Source: Bilabrum cf. latius (taxonomy: Eukaryota). From it: DNA of 64,000 nucleotides. Position 1 is the first letter of the stretch; every line of letters starts with the position of its first letter. Shown here piece by piece: positions 22,833 to 34,323 of the stretch. A program made the position numbers and the translations under genes. The stretch spans positions 682,001 to 746,000 of the forward strand of contig OZ237764.1 in NCBI GenBank assembly GCA_965178125.1. The letters run 5' to 3'. A model generated the notes under the pieces. That model saw only the letters and a program-made list of their open reading frames with translations. It was not told the origin of the DNA and ran no database searches.

Positions 22833-24008
22833 ATGTCCGTCTCTAATTTATTAGTGCCGAACACATATAGGTTGTATTGTCAGAGTATAACACCCGTTGA
22901 AGGTGGTGGAGGTGGCGGAACACCGAGTCTATCAAGTGTTCTACAGGTGGGAAATGATGCTGGAAATACTACAATCACAAATGTTGCCCTTCCAGTCAAT
23001 AACCAAGATGTTGCTACGAAGCAATATGTGGATTCCACGAGTGGCGGAGGAGGTGGTGGAGGAGTAACACCAAACCTAACTGCTGTGCTGACACAAAGTG
23101 GAGACGCGGGAAACCTTACCATATCAAATGTAAGGTCTCTGCGAATGGCAACAGGAGGCAACGGGGAAATCCAAACACCTTTTTCGGGGAACGCCTCTTT
23201 GGGATACACCCGTTAGACAGATGAAAGTGCTTTGTTTGAATACTATGCGAACTATGGAACGGGAAGTAAGAACCCTATGACACGACTTTATACAGGAAAC
23301 GGGAACGAAGACGGAACGAACGCCGAATTTATGGTGTATGGGACAATTGAGTCTAACAAAGGGGTCATGGGGGGTATGACGCTCACAGGTGCGATTGACG
23401 GAGATAAACAAAGAGAACAACCCACCATCACACTTCAAACCACACCAAGTCCTCTCAAGAACCAAATAGAGGGAAGGAATACAAATGGAACTCCAGCAAA
23501 CAACTTCATTCAATTCTGGATTGATGATGGTAGTGGAAATCTGGTAGGCACAGCACAGATACGTGGAGATGGAACTATGTTCGTGTAGAATGGAGTTGTT
23601 CCTTTCACGGGAGCACACGTGGGAACGCTGGGAAGCGGTCCGAAACCAAAGATTGGGTAGGTTATGTCAGTAAGAACTGCGACGGTAAACGATGTGTCTA
23701 ATTGCGAGTTTTCATTCAGGGTTTGCGATCACACAAGCGTTCCATTTGGAGTCTTTAGCGGAGAGGGAAAGGATGGGGAAATACGGGTTAATTCCGTGGG
23801 AGAAGGTGCTGTCCTTTGTCTGCGAGATGACAGCGTTCCTATTTTGGCAGGGGACTATCTGTCTATTTCCAGAACGAAAAAAGGATATGTGGAAAAGTCC
23901 AGGAGTTCTCAATTTTCTAAATGGGTCGTTGGGAAAGCAATCGTAGATGTTGAGTGGGACGACGAGGAGGAGGAAAAGTTAATTCCAGTGGTATATTATT
24001 GCGGATAA
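22833..24008 (+). CDS. Fibre/spike-like protein with putative C-terminal intramolecular-chaperone domain, 391 aa
   Basis: MSVSNLLVPNTYRLYC N-terminus, poly-Gly linkers, repeated TPxLxxVLxxGxDAG, DVATKQYVD, FTGAH...YYCG-TAA; TAGs at 23214, 23586, 23658. Confidence 0.65.
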
Positions 24009-24042
24009 ACGAAAAAAGCGGAGATTATAGTATATACACAAT

Positions 24043-24822
24043 ATGAGTCTTTCCAACATCCTTCAAGACAACAATTTTGCCCTCAAGTGTGCGTCTCTTA
24101 CCGCCAGTCAGTCTCTGGAAACCCCCCAGAAAGTGTATGCGAGAGCATTAGAATAGACTAACAACGTTGGTGCCAATTGGATTTTTGATAGAAACAGTCC
24201 AGATGATAATGAAGCTATCATTTTCCAGAATCAACCTGAAGGACTTCACAAGTCCGTGAGTGTTTACGTGGGGTAGAACAGCGCTGCTGCGCCCATCAAA
24301 ATGACATCTGCGTATTTCACAAACGGGAACCCGCACACAGGAACGATTAGTGTGAATGGGTAGGTCATTTCTGATTCTATGGGAAATTTCACAGGGGCGC
24401 ACAGAGGAACTCTCCGGAAAGAGGACGAAGCATATGTTAAGAAGGGAATGGTTGTGGGGATTTCCAAAGCTTCCGTGGATGAGGAACGCCTGGAACGTTG
24501 TGAGTTTGAGTTTAAGATTGCCGACGCTGGAGATGTGCCGTTTGGAGTCTTTTCCAAGATAGATGAGACCGATGGGAAAGCAGTGGTATTTGGTCTGGGA
24601 GAGGGTGGGATTCGTGTCGCACAGGAGGGATCAAGTCCGCCTAAAGCAGGAGATTATCTAGAAGTGTCGGGAAAACACTCTGGGTATGCCGTAACGGCTA
24701 AGGAGCAAATCCTAGGGAAATCCACCGTCGCCAAAGTTCTCGCAGGTGTTTCCTTCTCCAAGTCCAAGAGTGACGGGGACATCACATACACCATCGCACC
24801 CGTGTAGTATCTGTGTGGATAA
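24043..24822 (+). CDS. Fibre-like paralogue 2, 259 aa
   Basis: MSLSNILQDNNFALKCASLT...FTGAH...CEFEFKIAD..DVPFGVFS...GEG...PV(Q)YLCG-TAA; C-terminal domain paralogous to that of 22833-24008. Confidence 0.7.
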
Positions 24823-24856
24823 ACGAAAAAAGCAGACACTATAGTATACAGGCAAT

Positions 24857-25381
24857 ATGAGTCTTTCCAACATCCTTCATGACAACAGTTTCGCCCTCAA
24901 GTGTGCTTCTCTCACGACTGAAGCAATCTATGGACTACAAGGAAAGGATTTGACGATTCAAACCACAAGGGCGGATTCTGGCGACGATGGATATGCTGTG
25001 GTGCTGAAAGCGTCAAATTCTACCACTACTGAAACGTGTGATATTCGGTTTGGAAATGGCGAGCTTGGAACAGCCTCGGCTCGTATTTACGCAAGGCAAG
25101 GCGGACAAACTCAACAAGATGACATAGATGGGTCGTATTTCCTTGGTGGGTATTGTGTTCTTTCCAAAGGGGGGGCGGGTCTTGGTCTTCCAGTAAGGAC
25201 TGCGACCTAGATTGGAGACTCCACGGATACTTGTAATAAAACAGGTCGTCCAGAAGACACAAAACGAGCGGGTGTGCTTCTGTTTAATTCTACAGATTCT
25301 ATTGTGATGGTTTCCGTAGGTGATGACTCTACGAGTGCTTGGAAGGAAGTGGGTGGAACAACCACCATAACACCATCATGA
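24857..25381 (+). CDS. Fibre-like paralogue 3, 174 aa
   Basis: MSLSNILHDNSFALKCASLT N-terminus shared with 24043; one TAG at 25208; TGA stop. Confidence 0.65.
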
Positions 25382-25475
25382 TGTATCTCCAAAGAACCCT
25401 AAGGGCTTTTTGTAGAATACCTATCCGGTAGTTCAATACAATCACTATTGTAAGGAAATCATTCTATTGACTCCT

Positions 25476-27320
25476 TCACTATAGGAACACCTTTTTCTTC
25501 GCGTGAGTAATCTCACAAGCCCCTTGAGCCTCTAATTTCCACTCTCCAAGGTTTTCCGAGAGCTTCAAGGGGATTTCCACATCGCTCACAAATCCGTCCG
25601 TATTCACATAGTGGATTCTATCTAGGTGCGGTTCTATCACCTTGGAAAGTTTCCGCCGACCAAAAGCTGTGAGGAACGGGCCCAGACGAGCATAGCAAGT
25701 TTTATACGTGTATGTTTGTGTCGTTAGAATGCCTTTTACCCTTCTTCCACCGTCCTGAATGAAGGCGTCTTTAAGCGTTCTGAAGTCCACAACTTCGTCG
25801 TCGCTGGAAATTGTCTAAACTACCTAGTTTTTCTAGCACAACGCACCCCACACGGAGTTAAGTAGTTGTTTTGCTGTTTTAAATCCTTTCTTTTTATATC
25901 CAAAGAGTCTCTCCACCAAACCCTTGAAGAGACTGACTGCCTTAATACGCTTGTGCTTTTCGTAGATGAGGGCGTTCGCCTGACCGTCCTGAATGATGGA
26001 AAAGGTCGCCCCTGTTTCCTACGCCCTTACTATATCGTGGTGAGTCCAATAATTGTTTTTGCGTGGCTGGATAAGCTTGGGATTTAGGTGTTCCACCTTT
26101 ACCCTGTAAATCCCGAATTTCCAACCGAAGTCCTCTGGGGTCTGGGAAAGAGTCTGGAAATCTCCGGAAAGGATTGGAAACTACATCTATGACTTCAACA
26201 TGCTTGGATAGAAGCTGTTCATGTCATATTGATATGCTTTCTCCAGTTTCGTGTCGTTGTTCGCCCAGTTCAGTCCGCCCCCTGATGCCTTGGAAATCCA
26301 CTCCGCCTCTTTGCGCCCCAAAGGCTCGGCTGGGAAAAGCTTGGAAAACTTGGAAAAGTAATGCTTTACGTAGTAGGAAGGTCTATATCCATATTTAGAT
26401 AGATCCATATACCCACCAGTCTCTTGAGAGAGTGTCTCGGCGTCCTCGTGGATTCGCCTCCAGGTCGGTTCTAGGTCTTCCTCTACAGAGACTTTCCAAA
26501 GACTCTTTGTTTGTATATCTGTTCTTAATCGTGATTCAATATGTCTAGTTGCTCCGTCATACATGATATATTCGCTTTCCGCCTTTTTCCAGTAGGTGAT
26601 TAGGCGAACTGACTCCTTCGTGGGAATACACATTAAATCTTTCTGGGATCCTGGGGAAATGAACTCGTAATGTCCGTTTGTAAGGGAGATGTTCGCCAAG
26701 GGGTCGTAAGACTTTCCAGATGTGTAGGAAAAGTCTCCAGTCAGATGAATACGGATCTTCAGATAATCCTCTACCTCGGGAATTCTCTTGTAGTGGATTG
26801 GTTCGCTCCGTCCTAGGTTCAGTTGGGACTTTAGCTGGGCGGGAGAAATCCTATGGAAACCACTTTTATACTTGCCATTTACCTTCTTGTTTCCTCTAAA
26901 TCCTACTTGGAAGGGAAAAGCCTTCTTTAAGGCGTTATACAGACAGTCGTTATTCTCGTCCTTTCCGCCCCTCGGATTGTCCTTGGGAAGCAAAAGAAGT
27001 TCAAATGTGTTTAGTCTGCGGTGTTCCTATTCATCTACATCCTCGTCTTCATATCCCTTCCACAGAGAGGTAGTTTCCTTCAAGTCTTCCGTGGTGATCC
27101 AAGCACTCCTTGTCCGCCACCCTTCTTCCACAAAATTGAGGTTTATCTTGAACTTGTATCCGTCAAAGGGATTCTCTCCGTCCTCGTCGTAGTCCTTGAT
27201 AAAATCCATCACATCCTTTACAGTGATTAGCTCGTCCGCATGGAACCTAACGCTCCAAATTGGAACGCCGTTGAGTCTCAAGTTGGTCCTCTCGGGTTCG
27301 CCGAAATCAATCTCAACCAT
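25476..27320 (-). CDS. Family B DNA polymerase (protein-primed type), 614 aa
   Basis: Motif A GG...YQYDMNSFYPS, motif B AKQLLNSVWGALC(Q), motif C YVNTDGF, LGEWKLE; one frame via TAGs; ends TAG-TGA. Confidence 0.85.
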
Positions 27321-27373
27321 TCTAGAGTATATAATATACTATAGACTACCAAATTATACTTAATGTATGAGCC

Positions 27374-29056
27374 TCACGCCTCGTCAATTTTACACAGAGA
27401 CAGTTTCAGAGATTTCCCTCGCTTTCCATGTGGTTTTCCTTTGGGTTTTGGTGGGTTTTCCATCATCCATGCGGTGATTGCTACACATGACTCGGCCGAG
27501 AGTTTCCTCTATGTTTTCCTGTGGAAAAGCTAATTGTCGTCCATTTCCCTCTCCAGTTCCAACTCTTCTATGCGTTCCGTTTGCTCCTGTAGTTTCTTCT
27601 ACATTTCCTATAGTTGTTCTCGTAGCAGTTCCACCTCGGTCTTGGCTTTCTCTACCTCTGCTTCTTGGCGGAGAGCTTTGAACTTCTTCCGAAACCCTTC
27701 CAATAGGTCTTCGTGCTTAACATTGAACTCTTGTTTTCTCTGTGAGTTCATCGTGGAATACACACCTACTTCCGCCAACTGTTCCTTAATCTTAGGCGTG
27801 GAGAGGTTCTTGATTTGTCCCTTCAGTTCGTCCTTTAGGTAGTTGCGGAAGGCCATCACGGAAATGTGGAAATCTTTTCTCTCGTCCAACCACTCTTCCT
27901 TTAGCGTCCGCAGGATAGGGTGTGCCCCTTGTAAAATCCCCTTATGGAAATTCTAGGATTTCGGAGCGTATAGTCCCTTGAACTCGGGTGAGTCGTCGTA
28001 AACTTTCGCGAGGTATAGGAAGAACGCCCTCGCCACCTCTTTGCTCTCCGTTGCTTCCTTGAGTTTCTTAAAGTATTCCTTGTCGCCTTTCCTGGATGTG
28101 TTTACATCCAACACGCAATATCTGCGGATTTCCTCTGTAATTTTGATGGGTGCGTCGTTCGTGTCAATGATGAGGTTGAAGGTGTTGGGACGGCTCTCGG
28201 TCTTGACGAATTTCTCATTACAGGAAAAGGTCTTCTCGGTGATTAGATTGCGTAGGGTCGCCTACATAGCGTTCCATCTAGTATTGGAAGCTTTTGGAAT
28301 CTCGTTGAAGTTCACAAGTAGTTTTCCATCTAGGATAGAGTTGAAGGCATCGGGCTGAAGCATGGCGTTCGTGAGCGTCTGGAGCGTCAGGGTGTATCCA
28401 AGGAGTTTTCTCATAAGGAACGTAATGATGATAGATTTACCAGTTCCCTACGGAGACTTTAGATACAGGGCGGTCTGAAGTTTTTCCCCGCCTACAATCA
28501 CGTGTGCCAGCCACTTCATCACGAAGTCAAACTGGGTGTCGTCCTCGCTCGTCCAGACCTTGTGGATATGTTCGGAAATACGAATCACGCCTTCCCGTGC
28601 GTCTTCAGGCACGTCTTCTAGGTTTCCGCAGTTTTCCCGAGTCATCAGGGGTTTTCCCATGAGGTTAATCGTTTGCTTCTCGTAGTCCACAGTGGGTGCG
28701 TTGAATCGTCTCACCACCCGAAAAACATCTGTGTTCTCGTTAAAGAACCAATCACGAGCAGACCAATCCTTCACCTTCCTATTGTTTACCATTCGGTAGA
28801 TACAGTGTCCGCCAATTAGGTAGTTCTCGCTGATGTTTCGGTTCGCCAAGAACTACCAAACTGGTTTCTAGGGATTCTCGTCGGAAATGTTCTAGCGGTT
28901 CAGTTCATCCCCCTAGAGGAAATACACGCCTCCACCTTGGTCGTGGGTGCGGTAGAAATATTGCTGAATGTATTTGATACAATCCTCCTGATTTCCAGTA
29001 TCACAGAGTTGCTTGAGGGTTCTGGCGGAAAAGGCAACGGTTGGCATCTGACACAT
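27374..29056 (-). CDS. SF3/D5-like helicase, 560 aa
   Basis: FVMKWLAH...LYLKSP(Q)GTGKS (Walker A), FNSILDGKLLVNFNE (B), NLIIDTN (C), RRYCV; TGA 27374-27376. Confidence 0.88.
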
Positions 29057-29269
29057 TTTTCTGTTGGTTATACTATATACTACCAAAATATACTTAAGTG
29101 CTGACGCGTCAATTTTCCAGAGAGTCATCGGAGACATTTCCAGAGATTTCCAAGAGGTTTCCAGAGATTTCCAAGAGATTTCCATAGCTTTCCAACGATT
29201 GGAAAAATATAGGTAGTGCGTTAGTCTTAAGGTATGGAATTTTCCCCACTCATCTTCATTGTTCGCCAC

Positions 29270-30349
29270 TTATGTCAGGTCTATTGGGGCTATCCCAAAC
29301 TCCGCTGGAAGTTGCTTTTTGGCGTCTTCTAGGGTTTCCCACGTCCAATCCTTTTCGTTTGGAAGACCGTCCCATTCCACTTGGACTCTCGTTGGTTCTC
29401 GGGTATGGACTTTCTTCATATCCTTTCTGCGGATTGCCTTGGTGTTGTGGAGCTCATCGTCGTCAATTATCTATAGTTCTTCCTTTGTGTAGGCTACTTT
29501 GTGTTTCTAATCCACGACATACAAAGGGGGTTGCCCTGGTCGCAGAAGCACCTTGGTAATTTGTCGCTCCGTCGGGTCGTAGCGTAAATCACTGGCTCTA
29601 AATGAACCCATGAGTTTCTTGGAGAGTTTGTAGGCCTCTCTAGGTTCTTCCAATGGAATCCTAACCATTGTTCCCTTTTCCAAGATATCGCAAGCCTTTC
29701 CCCTACAGTGGGTCGCTCCAAAGTCAGTCGTGGGAATTGGTGGGTTTTCTTTGAGTTTCTCTTTCTGGAATTCGTTGTAATCATTGACAATCGTAGGGAC
29801 TAAATCCAACCATCGTCGCTCCACTTTTCCCTTGGCTATTTCCTCTACATTCTGGACGGAATTGATGACGATTCCAAACAGCTTGTTAAGGTTTTCCACC
29901 ACGGCCTGTTGTTTGTGTCGCCCTGGCTTGTTTCGGCGCACGTAAATAGGCCTTTCCTATTCTTGTAGGTGTCTTGCCAATTCGTTAAATTCATTTCCGT
30001 TGTCTATTTCTAGCCTCACGGTGGGTTGCTAGACATTTCCCCGCATGAATATCTAGAGAGCTTTTTCATAGGTTTCTTTCTGGGTTTTCTTCTATAGTGG
30101 TTCTGCGTCTATTAATTTGGTGTGTAAATCCACAGCAGTTAAAAGGTATTTATATCCTTGGTCGTTCGGCAATTGGAGTAAATCCATCTGAACGACTGCG
30201 TTTGGCTGCGGGACGTTCACCTTGGGTCTGTTCTTGCCCTTGGGTTTCTTTGGGCGTTTCATTAAATTGCGGATTCTAGAGTCCTGAGGTATGTGAACCC
30301 CTTGGAGAACATATTGGAGAACATTTGGGTATTCCTTAATGATTTCCAT
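29270..30349 (-). CDS. Second rve integrase with degenerate chromodomain (part B), 359 aa
   Basis: QMDLLQLPNDQGYKYLL...EIDNGNEF...QQAVVE; CRGKACDIL; FRASDLRY; VEWDGLPNEKDWTWE; collinear with 5135-6208; TAA stop. Confidence 0.9.
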
Positions 30350-30360
30350 TTACTATAAGG

Positions 30361-30977
30361 GTCGGTAGGGAAACCGTGGGAAAGTCTTGGGAAAAGGTGG
30401 GATACCTTGGGGAACACCTGGGATTTCTTTGAGAAAGGTGGGATACCTTGGGGAACACCTGGGATTTCTTTGGAAAAGGTGGGATGCTGTAGGAAATTAA
30501 TTGGAAACCGAGGGGAAACCTTGGGAAAGTCTTGGGAACCTTCGCTTCGGAGAAAGACCAGACGTTCCCTCGGCTCCCGTCATGACTCTAGATGGAGACC
30601 GATGTAGAAACTCTTCAGTAAGTCTAAAATTGAGTTTTGCCCTGCGAAGTAGGGACAAATTCGTTCCTTCGGCTCCCGTATCCCTCTAACAGCAAACACA
30701 GGGATGTTTTTGGGAGGCCGTTGGATTCTTCAAATTTCTTCTGACACTTTTATAAAAACATCTCTGTCATTGCTGTAGGAGAAATATAGGAGTAGTAATA
30801 AAAGATAAACTTTAAATTCCCCTACTTTGTAGGAGATAAAAAGTAGTCTGTTTTATGAGACATGGACTATGAGACACGCTACGGAATTCTACTAGGAGAC
30901 TTAAGAGGAGTAGAGAGGCGCGGAGCGTCTCCTCTATATTGCTGTGGAGCCCCGCTCATCACACTTGACCCCCCCCC
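30361..30977. repeat. Non-coding repeat-rich region ending in a C9 run; possible terminus of virus B
   Basis: Tandem AAAGGTGGGATACCTTGGGGAACACCTGGGATTTCTTTG (~30393-30471), repeated CGTTCC(C/T)TCGGCTCCCGT, poly-C at 30969-30977. Confidence 0.45.
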
Positions 30978-31132
30978 GTTTCAATAGTCAGAAAGTGTTC
31001 AGCCTTCATTAGGTTGATGAATTTCATTATACAGATATAGGTTTTTTGTCTTTAACCCCCTTAAAATATCCCTAGATAGAAAGGATAGGAGGATAAATAT
31101 GAAATCTGGTCAGTTGATGAAAGGTATGGGAA

Positions 31133-32291
31133 GCAAAGAGTTTGAGCCTGAGACCTGACATATCTTGACAGCAGGCAAAGAGTTGCCCACCATATCTTGA
31201 CACTTCACATATCAGATGACTCAAAGAGTTTGTCATATCTTGAGAAATATAGGTTGTCTGGTCGAAGAGTTTGGTAGTCTGGTTCAAATATGTTGGTCGA
31301 ACAGTTGGTCGAACAGTTGGTCATCTGGTTCATATAGGTTGGTTGACTGGTCGAACAGTTGGTCGAACAGTTGGTCGAACAGTTGGTCGAACAGTTGGTC
31401 ATCTGGTTCATATATGTTGGTTGACTGGTCGAAGAGTTGGTCGAAGAGTTGGTCGAACAGTTGGTCATCTGGTTGATATATGTTGGTTGACTGGTCGAAG
31501 AGTTTGTCATACCTTGATATATGTTGGTTGTCTAGGGAGATGATCGTATGAAGAGTTAGAAGAGTTAGAAGAGTTAGAAGAGTTGGTCGAAGAGTTGGTC
31601 ATCTGGTTCATATATGTTGGTTGACTGGTCGAAGAGTTTGTCATACCTTCATATATGTTGGTTGACTGGTCGAAGAGTTTGTCATACCTTGATATATGTT
31701 GGTCGAACAGTTGGTCGAACAGTTGGTCATCTGGTTGATATATGTTGGTTGACTGATCGAAGAGTTGGTCGAACAGTTGGTCATCTGGTTGATATATGTT
31801 GGTTGACTGGTCGAAGAGTTGGTCGAAGAGTTGATGCGGACGATTTCATCCGGAAATGATTCATAATGATGGATAGAGTCTATTACTGAGAACAAGCCCT
31901 CCCAATATGAGAATGATGAGGTGAAGAGTTGATGAAGCGAAACCGAAGCAGTCGACGAAGCCAGAAGCCCACCACAACCACGGCTTCCAAAAGTATTTCA
32001 TATAATAGTACTATTTTATATACAATACTTTATAGAGTGGTGTAGTGTAATAGTGTATTTTAATGAGATGGAAGCATAAGAAGAAAACCAGTAGTTGGAA
32101 GAGGTTATCATCCCTTTGGGATGAATACCTCCCAATTGATGGATATTCGTAAATGGGAAGTATCGGAAGGAGAACCCAGATAATGATAACCAGTGATAGG
32201 TATCCATAAGAAAAACCTTTAGGTTTTTCGACTATTCGTAGGCAATCGTAGATAAGATTTATCTTATCTATGTGCCGCCTTTGGGGGGGGG
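31133..32291 (-). repeat. Right TIR (~1.16 kb)
   Basis: Reverse complement of 3172-3670 plus 4444-5101. Confidence 0.95.
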
Positions 32292-32340
32292 GGCACCCGC
32301 CCCCGCCTCACCGCCGTCTGCGTCAAACCAAAGAGTCGGC

Positions 32341-34323
32341 ATGATTTATGCATGGCCGCAAACCTTATCGGTTGAGGAAAGTGGCAAACTAGAGCACATC
32401 GACATGGGTGTCAAGGTCGGCATGACCAGCGATCGTTTCGAGCTTGACAAGCTCGATCCGGACAGCCTGGTGCTAGCCACCCAAGTCGGATTCGGTGCAG
32501 AGGCAGCACAGTCTGCCGGCAGTGCGTCATTCGAGCCATACATCACTCAGGTATCGTCCACAGATCCGCCGATTGCCGCTGTGGCCGGAAGCTCGGGTCT
32601 CAGCGTCGATTCACAGGGCGCTGGGAGCAAGGCCCAGTCTGGCTAGCCTTCCGGTGCTGCTGATTCTGCGGGTCAATCCGGCTCCTTGGAGTCTGAATCT
32701 CCTCCAGGTGCTTCGCGCGAGCCGACGTCCACCAGCTCCAGCGCTTCTGCTCAGAAGCCAGCCACTAGAGCGGAGTTCCCATCCGATGGCACCGGCGCAG
32801 GGGGCTCTGGTGCTGGATAGGACAAGGCTTCGACGGCAACTGGAGAGGCGGCCAGCGCGGCCCATGGTGAGCATACCTTGCCTGCCGGTGCATCTGTCGG
32901 TCCCTCAGTGCCCATGAGCGGGGCATCGGCGAGTGCTTCCTACCAGCAGTCCCCAGGTGGTGCCAAGGATGGACAGAAGATCGGGAGCGGCTTCCTCGAA
33001 CTGAGCCACAGGGTTCTATCGCGCGCTCTGGACACGCTTGCGAGTGGGAATCCCGCCATCCTCAACTTCTGGCGCGAGCAAGTGCATGGGGACGAGGGAT
33101 CAGTCGTGTCATCCGATGGCTCGTCCACAGGGTCATCGCCACACAAGAAGCCGAGGCAAGAAGACCACGCCGGGGACAGTTCGGATGGTGAGGACGGTGA
33201 CCATGGCCAGCAAGCCAGTGGTGGCGCAGCTTCCAAAGCAGGGGTGCCCGAAGCCGGCTACCCGCTCAGGATGGTGATGCCACCCGTCGACGCGGACCAG
33301 CCCATCAGTTCACTCACGAGGATCACCAAGATGTCCACTCTGCTCGTGAGCATGGACCACTTCTTCGCAGCGCATTTCCTGGTAGATGCAGGGCAACATG
33401 CCGGGCCTGCACCGGTAATCCCTGAGCCACTTGATGCGGGCAAGGTGGAGGAGTCATCCAAGGTTACCCTGAACAGTGCCAGCGATGTGCTTGCCAAAGC
33501 TGGCTCCAGTGATGTAGTGCAGCGATTCTTGTCGCGGTTCCCAGACTCGGATGGGGAGACGCATAGCGGACCAGCAGCGTCTGGGTCTGGTGCAGCAGAA
33601 CCAGACCCACGGTCTGGCGCGAAGCGTCCTCGCACGATTGCAGTGCGCGGTGGCAAGGTCGAGCATCCAGCCGGGCAGCCGATGCATTACTCGCATGGCG
33701 CGCAGACTGTGGAGAGGATGGCCCACCTGAACCTGCAAGCATTCGGGCTGGTGAAGCTGGGCTCCCTTGCTGGCACGACGGAGACATTCATACCTCTGGT
33801 CCAGGTCACTTCTGGGATGACGACTGCCGACCTGAGAACACGCATCACGACTGCAATTCATGACGCGAAAGAACTAGCGAAAGTGTTTGCAGTTGTGCTC
33901 GACCATGATTCGTTCTCAGGGATCATGCGTGAGGTGTACGCATTCAAGCAGAAGCTGGACCCTGGTTTGCTAGCTGGAGGGATCGATCGTTCCAAGCTGA
34001 ACCAAGAGTACATTGCCCATTTGCGCGCTGCACTGATCGATGCCATGGAGACCTGCCAACGGATGGCTCTGGTGGATTCTTTGGTGGGCGTGGGCGAGAT
34101 TGCGATTCGCCTGGCGGAGCTGGGTGTTGTCGTGAACATGCGACCAGGAGAGGATCAAGAATGGCTCAAGACCTTCACGCCGTCCATATTGCGAGACTTC
34201 AGCGAGATGGTATTGACTCCAGCACCCGATGAAGACGAAATAGCGATTGGTGCCGTGACATGGGCAGGCCCAATCCACTATGCGCACCACATGCTCCTGC
34301 TTAGAGACTGCCCGATGAATTGA
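32341..34323 (+). pseudogene. Host gene X copy 2, lacking the N-terminal signal-peptide region
   Basis: One frame via TAGs from MIYAWPQTL to RDCPMN-TGA; ~0.9 kb present at ~45351-46264 is absent at ~32330. Confidence 0.7.

Larger units (their letters stand above)
3172..32291. mobile_element. Endogenous virophage/Polinton-like element (composite), ~29.1 kb
   Basis: Long TIRs begin CCCCCCCAAAGGCGGCACATAG and end CTATGTGCCGCCTTTGGGGGGG. GGCAC(C) is duplicated at 3166-3171 and 32292-32297; empty-site alleles at ~45308-45330 and ~50470-50495 have one GGCACC. Interior encodes rve integrases and capsid genes. Confidence 0.95.

Noticed and set aside
15921-30349. Viral genes as pseudogenes decayed by nonsense mutations
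   Set aside because: The interruptions I traced are exclusively TAG, in frame and at Gln-compatible sites. Only the MCP (deletion) and protease (insertion) are truly broken.
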